The translations under genes were made by a program, and so were the position numbers. A stretch of 64,000 nt of DNA from a virus (taxonomy: Duplodnaviria > Caudoviricetes). The DNA lies in IMG/VR virus record IMGVR_UViG_3300031418_000007; one strand, given 5' to 3'. The notes under the pieces were generated by a model that saw only the letters and a list, made by a program, of their open reading frames with translations, was not told the origin of the DNA and did no database searches. Below, piece after piece: positions 57,094 through 64,000 of the stretch. Every line of letters starts with the position of its first letter. Positions within the stretch are counted from its first letter, which is position 1.

Positions 57094-58143
57094 TCAACGT
57101 GGAGCACGAACCAAATAGTCACCTTTATAGATGCGTTCTTTGATTCTTGCAAACGAATCGGATAACTCCAGCAGACAATAGCAATCGTAATCCCATTTAC
57201 CCATACGGAACAGTAATGCGGCAAATTGAGATTTATGCTTTTCGTCTACTTTATCAATACGCGTTTTAAAACGTTTCTCGATAAATTCTTTCTTTTCCAC
57301 ATCGTTGTTGTTGGCACGAGTGTCTGTAAAGATACGAACTTTATCCAGTGAGTTGTGAATTGCCTGGCAGAGTTCTGTAATATCACGTTCGGCAATTTGC
57401 ATGACTTTCTCGCGGGTCATGGATTCCTTTTCAGATTGAGAAGGGCTAAACTTTTTCAATTTATCCTTGATCGCATTGAAAGGGCGCATGATCTCCATGG
57501 GCTCCGGTGTATGAATGTTGTTCCACACATCCCCAGGTACGTCATCTTTTAAGGCATTTACCATGCCGTAAGTAATAACGTAAGAACCATTAAGACGAGT
57601 CAGTGCCATCTCTAAGTCACGACCCACAGTAGACAGGTTCTGGAATAAACCGTCCATGTTTGTGGGAACTTCAACCAACGTTACTTCTTTCTGGGGTTCA
57701 CTTGCCGCCTTATCCGACTGTGTACCGGAGTCATCGACCTTCATAACGACCTGGTCAGATTTCTTCTGTTCAGCAGTAGGGGCGTGTGCGTTGGGCGCCT
57801 TCTCAGATTTCTTCAGCTTGGATGCAGGAACTGAAGTCACTTTGATGGTTTCCTTGGTGGGCTTGGGTAAGTTGGTTTTCATACCCACCTCCTGGGTCAG
57901 CTCACCGGTACCTTTCTTCCCCGTAAACAAACTCGCCAGCCATTTACAGAACTGCTTGATCTTTTCCCAGACCGCACTCACCAACCCTTCATTGCCGCTT
58001 AAGTGGGAAAGCGAGACAACGTCATGCGAATACAGTTGACCCTGCATATAGCGCGAAGCGTAGCTCTCATTCCCAGCAAAGACATCAGCGATGCCCTGGT
58101 CAATTAACTCATCGTGTTCCATCATTTTCCTCTTTATAATCAC
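57094..58143 (-). CDS. Probable internal head protein (phiKZ-like cleaved head family)
   Basis: GNES and GNEG motifs followed by the amphipathic LVSAVWEKIKQFCKWLASLF. Confidence 0.55.
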   Translation of the reverse strand: MIIKRKMMEHDELIDQGIADVFAGNESYASRYMQGQLYSHDVVSLSHLSGNEGLVSAVWEKIKQFCKWLASLFTGKKGTGELTQEVGMKTNLPKPTKETIKVTSVPASKLKKSEKAPNAHAPTAEQKKSDQVVMKVDDSGTQSDKAASEPQKEVTLVEVPTNMDGLFQNLSTVGRDLEMALTRLNGSYVITYGMVNALKDDVPGDVWNNIHTPEPMEIMRPFNAIKDKLKKFSPSQSEKESMTREKVMQIAERDITELCQAIHNSLDKVRIFTDTRANNNDVEKKEFIEKRFKTRIDKVDEKHKSQFAALLFRMGKWDYDCYCLLELSDSFARIKERIYKGDYLVRAPR

Positions 58144-61100
58144 GCAGCGTGGCGATGTTTCATCAAGCGTTGGTTACGTTCTACCTTGGCTTGTTCAATC
58201 GTGGTATCAATTGTGGTAATACGTTTTGCTTCTTTTGGTAACAGCTTGGTGAGCTTGTTGATCTCGAACTCTAAGCGAGCAGCCAAGATATTGTCGTTGG
58301 TCTTGATGAACTCCTCGGTCAACTTAATAATGCGTTGACGGACTTGGTCGATCATGTCCAGGACTTTGGGATCTTCAAACACGCTCTTCTCACCGCCGTT
58401 TAACAGGTTCTTGGTGCGTGTCAACGCCAAGTGGTGATTAATGCCGTAGTAAGATTTACTGTTACCCACCTTGATAAACCAGTAACTCAACAACCACGCA
58501 ATAACCAAGTCATCGTGACCCTCGATTTCATGGTCGATACGATCGTTCTTGATTTTCAGCGCAATGATCTCGTCAATGAGTTTGTCGTAGTGCAGTCCTG
58601 CTCCGGTATTTGCTACCGCCTCTTGAATAAAGTCGTAGAGCTCTTTACGGGTAGACGCGGTAGTGTTAAAGCCAAAGAACTCCTTGAAGCGAAGATAGAA
58701 CTCTTTGGTGCGACCACCGGCACGGGTGCGTTTCACTTCTTCAAACTGCGAAGCGTACTTAACAGGATCGTTGTAGATGCGGTTAAACATCTTCTTAAAC
58801 GGATCCAGGCCTTTAGCTTGCAGCGTGATCAGCAGCTTATCAATGAAGTGGTGTGCATAGTTACGTTCAATGATCAGCATGCTGTTGTGAATCGATTCTA
58901 ACAGGTCAACCACAATGTCCGCCACATCGTCCAGGAACGCCAGGGGATAACGACCTACTCCGATGGTGTCACCGGTGACAAAGCTGCGCATCACCACGGT
59001 ACAGGCATCCTTGTTGATTGCAGACGAAGTATCCACACCGATGATAACGTGATCGTTGTGGTCAGGACTGCACATCTTCACCAACTCTTCCTTGGTGATA
59101 AAGAAGTCAACATAGAGGTTACTTTCCCGGTACTCTTTGCTCCACACCGCATCCCGCTTGTTATCACTTAACTTTTCACGGGTCACGTCATCAAACAGCC
59201 GGTCTTCACCGTCTTCCACCCACATCAACAGCAAGTCAATCTTGGCCTTGCTAAGCGTCAGCTTCAGTTGGTCAATGGTGCGTGTCACCCAGTCTTTGCT
59301 CTTCCCCAGCTTAAGGTAGTTGTAGATCATCGCCACCGAAGGAGAAGTGGTTTTGGTCGGACTGCGCTTAATGAGTTTGTGCACCAGGTGGCTTTCACTG
59401 AAACAGTCAAAGAACTTCTCACGCCACTCGGTGGAGTTCATGATGTTCTTGTACATGTAGGCGCCGCTTGGGTGTTTGATGGTGTTCGGTGTCGTGATAT
59501 AGTTGATTGCGTACGGCAAACCTTTTTCACGCATGTTCTCCATCTCTGTCAGAGCAGACGGAGTACAGCCGTTGACAATGGACTCGATGTAGTTGATATA
59601 ACCGGGTTCGTCAAAGTTAGTGGTGCCTACCGTAAGACCACGACCCAGGTCACCTGCCGCAGCTTCAGACTGCTGCGGAACCGAGATGGTCAAGACGTTG
59701 GCCTGCCCTTCACCAAAGCTACGGTACGTCAGGTAGTTACCGCTGTCCTTATCCTTGTAGGTGGGGTTAACCAGGTAGCTCGGCATCTGCGTACGGATGT
59801 TCTTGATGGCCTCAATGAACTGCGCACGGTTATCAGACTTCAGCGTCACCAGGTGCGTCTTGTAGCTACGACCCATGATGTAGGTTAACCAAAAGTCAAT
59901 GACCTGCACCGACACCGTGTTGTGTGTTACAATAAAGTCATCAGTGATATAAGTGGAATCATCGTTGTTGACCTCGATACAAACACAAGGACGATCACCC
60001 GAAAATGTCACCTTCTTGACAAACAGGCGGTTTTCATATTGGGGAACTGACTCTTTACGGAAACGGAAATAGGGAACAACATCCGGCAACGTAATGATCA
60101 ATTTCTCGATCTTCTTCTCGTAACGTGCAGTACCGCCCAGACTCCGCACCAGATACTGGAGTTGACGCATCCCCACCGTATCTTTGGATTTCAACAAGAT
60201 ACCGTCACGACCCACTTCACCCAGCGTATCCAGTACACCGTGCAGCAGCTCCTGGCGTGTTTCCAGATTGGAGTCCAACAGGTTAGTGGGCAAACCCAGA
60301 TCATTGTTGATTTCGAAGTTGACTCCATCAGTGCGGAAGATGTGAACAACACCGTCAGCCCACTTAACCTTGAAGCGATGGTCGGTATCCCGGTCTAACA
60401 GCGCCTGAATGTCCCCTACATGCTCTTCATTTACATTGGGTAATGGAATGCTTGCCACCGAACCCTCTGCGTTGAGAAACGCACCCATGAGGTATCCCAG
60501 GCGGTCACGCGCTTTGCGGCTGTTCTCTAGGTTTTCAATCAGGGGAATCTCAATAGGGTCCAGATCATACTGCTTGTTTTTCATCAGATCCAGGAAGTAG
60601 GCGGTAGTGGTTTCACTCCAGCTCTCTTCACCGCAATCTGCTTTGGTGCGGTAACGCCACACGTGGTCAGTAGCAGCACGGGTTTTACGGCCGTCACTCA
60701 TTTCCACTTCATAAGTACGGAGGTAGCCCTGTGGCCAAACACCATTAACCAGGGTTTCTTCACCATGGGGGTCAATGATGGTGTCACCGGTTTTAATGTC
60801 ACCCAGCTCTTTCCACACCGGGTCGGAATGCAACTCTTGCTTGACGCGGATCTTGCTCTTAACGTCCTGGGCTTTACCCTGCTGACGCGGCATGATGTTG
60901 TAGGTGGTGACGTGATTCAGGTAAGTCCAGATAAAGGAGACGTTACCACGGTTAGCCTTAAACGGCTGGTCAGCTTTTAACCACAACACTTCACGCAGAC
61001 AATACCAGAAGTTCTCTTTGCATTCGTTGTGAATCCAGACCTTTTGCTCATTGCTGAGATTAGCTTCATCACGGGGGTTGACACCGATCAGAGCGGGGTT

Positions 61101-61430
61101 GTTGATCTGGAGGATAAAGTAATAGTTCTTGATGCCCTGTAAGCGGAACAGGTCAGCAGTACGCCGGAAGCTTTCGTTCTTTGTTGAAATATCGGGCTGG
61201 GCTTTATAGTGAAAGAAATCTTTCAGAAAGCGAACAGTTTTAATGCCGTGCAAACTGTCTTCGCGAAAATGTTGCAATAATACATCGTCATCACTTTTCT
61301 TTTCAGTGTCAATCTCTTGACGCACATCGTCCACAAAGTACTTTGGGAGCTTTTCAATTCCCAGATACGCCTGCAAGTCTGCAGCCATCTCTAATTCTTT
61401 CATTTCTGTAGCAAACATATCTCTGTCCAT
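58140..61430 (-). CDS. terL: Terminase large subunit containing a 318-aa intein
   Basis: Walker A PRQQGK|T split by the intein, Walker B NFDEP, nuclease IGVDTS and HDDLVIA. Confidence 0.92.
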   Translation of the reverse strand: MDRDMFATEMKELEMAADLQAYLGIEKLPKYFVDDVRQEIDTEKKSDDDVLLQHFREDSLHGIKTVRFLKDFFHYKAQPDISTKNESFRRTADLFRLQGIKNYYFILQINNPALIGVNPRDEANLSNEQKVWIHNECKENFWYCLREVLWLKADQPFKANRGNVSFIWTYLNHVTTYNIMPRQQGKAQDVKSKIRVKQELHSDPVWKELGDIKTGDTIIDPHGEETLVNGVWPQGYLRTYEVEMSDGRKTRAATDHVWRYRTKADCGEESWSETTTAYFLDLMKNKQYDLDPIEIPLIENLENSRKARDRLGYLMGAFLNAEGSVASIPLPNVNEEHVGDIQALLDRDTDHRFKVKWADGVVHIFRTDGVNFEINNDLGLPTNLLDSNLETRQELLHGVLDTLGEVGRDGILLKSKDTVGMRQLQYLVRSLGGTARYEKKIEKLIITLPDVVPYFRFRKESVPQYENRLFVKKVTFSGDRPCVCIEVNNDDSTYITDDFIVTHNTVSVQVIDFWLTYIMGRSYKTHLVTLKSDNRAQFIEAIKNIRTQMPSYLVNPTYKDKDSGNYLTYRSFGEGQANVLTISVPQQSEAAAGDLGRGLTVGTTNFDEPGYINYIESIVNGCTPSALTEMENMREKGLPYAINYITTPNTIKHPSGAYMYKNIMNSTEWREKFFDCFSESHLVHKLIKRSPTKTTSPSVAMIYNYLKLGKSKDWVTRTIDQLKLTLSKAKIDLLLMWVEDGEDRLFDDVTREKLSDNKRDAVWSKEYRESNLYVDFFITKEELVKMCSPDHNDHVIIGVDTSSAINKDACTVVMRSFVTGDTIGVGRYPLAFLDDVADIVVDLLESIHNSMLIIERNYAHHFIDKLLITLQAKGLDPFKKMFNRIYNDPVKYASQFEEVKRTRAGGRTKEFYLRFKEFFGFNTTASTRKELYDFIQEAVANTGAGLHYDKLIDEIIALKIKNDRIDHEIEGHDDLVIAWLLSYWFIKVGNSKSYYGINHHLALTRTKNLLNGGEKSVFEDPKVLDMIDQVRQRIIKLTEEFIKTNDNILAARLEFEINKLTKLLPKEAKRITTIDTTIEQAKVERNQRLMKHRHAA
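59919..60872 (-). mobile_element. Class 3 (Ala-initiated) intein with a LAGLIDADG-type endonuclease domain
   Basis: Residues 187-504: starts AQDV; block B TDHVW, block F CVCIEV, block G VTHN|T; motifs GAFLNAEG and HGVLDTLG. Confidence 0.88.
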
Positions 61431-61470
61431 AAAAAGAATAAGGTTACGGCGTACGCCGTAACCTTAGAGT

Positions 61471-63195
61471 TTAGGAAGCGAGATCTACAGTAACACCCGT
61501 CATAGCCAACTGCTTTTCACTGCCGTTAGCGTCTTTCTGTGCCCAGCAAAGCAACAGAGTCTGTCCCTTGGCCTGTGCAGCACCAATGGTAAGATCTTTG
61601 TTCCAATCTGTCAGCGACAGCGGGAAGCGCTTACCGTCCTGCAACATCACGTACACGATGTTCGGGGTAGGTGCTTTCTCTTCGTTCCAAACATCATAGC
61701 TCGGCTGAACAGACCAGTACAGCGCCTGTAACCAGTCATCGAACTTGGTATAACCGTTGGTAAGGTTAACCTTGGTCGTTGCACCTGCGTTGGTGGTTTT
61801 GGCGAACAGTGCGTCATAGACAGGTTTGTCTTGTGAGTACTGAACGCCCCAGCGCTTGTCAGGACCGTTGACATCTTTATAGAGAACGATTGACGTGTCT
61901 TGTTTATAGATCGTCGCGTTATATTCAGGGCTGACATCTTTAAGGATTAAGTTAAAGGTCAGGTCCTGTAACGTGTTGTACGACTTAGGTTTGAACGGAG
62001 GTGAACTCTCATTCAAGGTCACCACGTCGGTGACTTCCACGTATGCCTTACGCAACAGGTCATACATGAAGTGGCGCAACATCCACTGGCTGGCTTTGCT
62101 ATCCCAGCACGGATAGGTGTAGATCTTCGGCGCATACGCACCTTCAACCGCACCGGCTACCAGCTGGTACACACGGGTCTTGCGACCGTCTTGTCCAGGT
62201 TGAGCCAGATAGAACTGCTCATCATCAGACAGCGTGTAAACCAGGCTCAGTTCAGCACTCTGCCCTGGTGCATGCGGACGGTATTCATCCACGCCCAGCA
62301 GTTTGAACTTGTTGCCGTTGACGGGCAGATCAACCACATCACCGTTGCTGTAGTGCGCCAACGCACGGAACTCGATACCGTTGAGCGGAGTCGTGATCGG
62401 GATGATCATTTTGTCCGGGTCATTGATATCGGTGAACCAGGCAGACACCAGCTCGATGTCCAGCAGATAACGAATACCCTTTTCACGGTTACGCAAGTAG
62501 GAACTGTGTTGCACCACAATGCGTTGTGTAGGGGTAATCACCATGTCGCCCTGGTCAAAGAACACCAGCGTACAACGTGAGCCGTTTGGTAAGCCGTCAG
62601 CGTTACGCGTAACACTGAAGCTGTCTGTGGTCATTACCGATTTGTTGGTGTAGTTGTTGATAGCCGCCAGCATGGTAGGGATTTGATTCGATACCATGTT
62701 AGCTGACTTATCATACACCGCAGAGATGATCACACCGCCATTATCGGGATCGATGTTGTCACCCAGGAACAGCAGTGCGTAAGCCGCACCCGGACGCATA
62801 ATGGTGGAGTCGATGCGCGCACGGTTTGGACGCACGGCGTAGTCCACGCCCATGATTCCCTCGCCGTTTAACGGACCGCCTTTCTCACCAAAGATCGCAT
62901 CCTGATCTTCTGTGGTTTCACCTTCATCACTGAAGACCGTGGCTCTGCGCAATTCAGACTTGTTCTGGTAAACCTTGTAAACAAAGTACCAGACCAGCAC
63001 CGTACCTTGCAGATCCCACACTAACCAACCTTCTTTAGGAACCACGTATTTGTCAAAGTCCGCGGCAGGCATGGTGTCTGGATCCCAGACGTTGCCAATC
63101 CAGAGGATGTTTTTACGCAATCCACTGGCAGCCTCAGAAATGTCAGTCGCTCCGGCAGCACGGTTGTTTTGAGTAATAGGAGTATTATCAAACAT
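61471..63195 (-). CDS. Virion structural protein (574 aa; tail/baseplate-type, beta-rich)
   Basis: GAGG RBS; composition; position next to the terminase. Confidence 0.65.
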   Translation of the reverse strand: MFDNTPITQNNRAAGATDISEAASGLRKNILWIGNVWDPDTMPAADFDKYVVPKEGWLVWDLQGTVLVWYFVYKVYQNKSELRRATVFSDEGETTEDQDAIFGEKGGPLNGEGIMGVDYAVRPNRARIDSTIMRPGAAYALLFLGDNIDPDNGGVIISAVYDKSANMVSNQIPTMLAAINNYTNKSVMTTDSFSVTRNADGLPNGSRCTLVFFDQGDMVITPTQRIVVQHSSYLRNREKGIRYLLDIELVSAWFTDINDPDKMIIPITTPLNGIEFRALAHYSNGDVVDLPVNGNKFKLLGVDEYRPHAPGQSAELSLVYTLSDDEQFYLAQPGQDGRKTRVYQLVAGAVEGAYAPKIYTYPCWDSKASQWMLRHFMYDLLRKAYVEVTDVVTLNESSPPFKPKSYNTLQDLTFNLILKDVSPEYNATIYKQDTSIVLYKDVNGPDKRWGVQYSQDKPVYDALFAKTTNAGATTKVNLTNGYTKFDDWLQALYWSVQPSYDVWNEEKAPTPNIVYVMLQDGKRFPLSLTDWNKDLTIGAAQAKGQTLLLCWAQKDANGSEKQLAMTGVTVDLAS

Positions 63196-64000
63196 TGTGA
63201 CTTACCTCGAAATAACCCTCAATGCTCAGCTCGCTGCGCAGGTAAAGGTCATTGACTTGTTTAAGGAACGTGAATTCATTGCTCTTCACGACCAGGGTTT
63301 CTTGATTCGCGTACGGCAAGATCCCAAAGTAACGACGATCGTAGTTCAGCACAATGGGGTCATAGGACAACCACCACTTGTAAATCCCCACGAGATCACT
63401 CACCACTTGATCACTGTAGAACTCTTGGTCCGCTGGCTTGTCCGGCACCACCAACACACCATTATTAATGGCATTGGCAACGACGTTCATAAACGGACTG
63501 TACAGCAACCATTTCTCTGGCATGTTGTAGTCCACGGAGATCGCGGGCTTTTCAGCATACTCAGTGAGGTAGTCGATGACGCGTTTGTCGGTTTCACGAC
63601 TGCGCTGGTACAGATAATGAAAGTCAAAGTCCTTGACGTTCTTCACCGGGGTATAGGTGTGTTTCACCATATACGGTAAACCGTTCAGCGGGTAGCTGTA
63701 GTCATCCGGTGTATCTGTTTCGGCTGTTTTAAGCTCGTCCAACAACATGAGTTTGCCACCCACCACGATACGCGTTGCGCGGTCCTCACGGATGTTGTAA
63801 CGTGCCTGGTTACCAATCACTCCCCCTTCTACATAACCCAGCTCTAGCTCCTGCTTAGGCTTTGTCATGTCAGCGTGTTGACCCACGCAGCGAACGATGA
63901 TCTTTTGCGGTCCCTTTACCAGGAACTGCTTGTTGTTGATAAAGATCAGACGACCACGGAACAGCCAGTCTACTTCATCAATCAACGGGTGATCGTTTAA
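63188..64000 (-). CDS. Virion structural protein, C-terminal part (5'-truncated by the window edge)
   Basis: Frame is open to position 64000; overlaps the next gene's start. Confidence 0.65.
   Translation of the reverse strand, partial: LNDHPLIDEVDWLFRGRLIFINNKQFLVKGPQKIIVRCVGQHADMTKPKQELELGYVEGGVIGNQARYNIREDRATRIVVGGKLMLLDELKTAETDTPDDYSYPLNGLPYMVKHTYTPVKNVKDFDFHYLYQRSRETDKRVIDYLTEYAEKPAISVDYNMPEKWLLYSPFMNVVANAINNGVLVVPDKPADQEFYSDQVVSDLVGIYKWWLSYDPIVLNYDRRYFGILPYANQETLVVKSNEFTFLKQVNDLYLRSELSIEGYFEVSHNV

Noticed and set aside
1-64000. CRISPR array, retron, IS/transposase, rRNA; antisense shadow ORFs such as 2309..3001, 16328..17041, 32757..33509, 40161..41096 and 44274..45008
   Set aside because: No regularly spaced repeats or RT/transposase motifs were seen. 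The shadow ORFs lie opposite well-supported genes and reflect codon bias.

Overview
This window is a 64-kb segment of a nucleus-forming jumbo phage (phiKZ-like, Chimalliviridae). Highly expressed genes show enterobacterial-style codon bias, so a gammaproteobacterial host is inferred but not proven. Gene order matches the phiKZ core block. Reading right to left (mostly minus strand): virion genes, a large terminase carrying an Ala-initiated class 3 intein, an accessory region (dTMP kinase, Ntn-hydrolase, glutaredoxin, tRNA-Asn, tRNA-Ser), PhuZ tubulin, a small-gene cluster, one half of the split family-B DNA polymerase, chimallin ChmA, non-virion RNAP subunits, SbcD/Mre11, ChmC-, gp68- and PicA-like genes, an SF2 helicase, two tandem HNH paralogs, a virion RNAP beta' subunit and the other polymerase half. 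Assignments rest on visible motifs plus recalled phiKZ synteny; no database search was run. The least explained features are: (i) about 1.1 kb of densely base-paired, apparently non-coding DNA between phuZ and the glutaredoxin/tRNA cluster, organised as two putative transcription units; (ii) a 12-bp tRNA-minihelix-like element between the tRNAs; (iii) two proteins with C-terminal DUF2829/Tad2-like domains; (iv) a proteasome/HslV-like Thr hydrolase; and (v) a G-tract and inverted-repeat locus near 48.2 kb.
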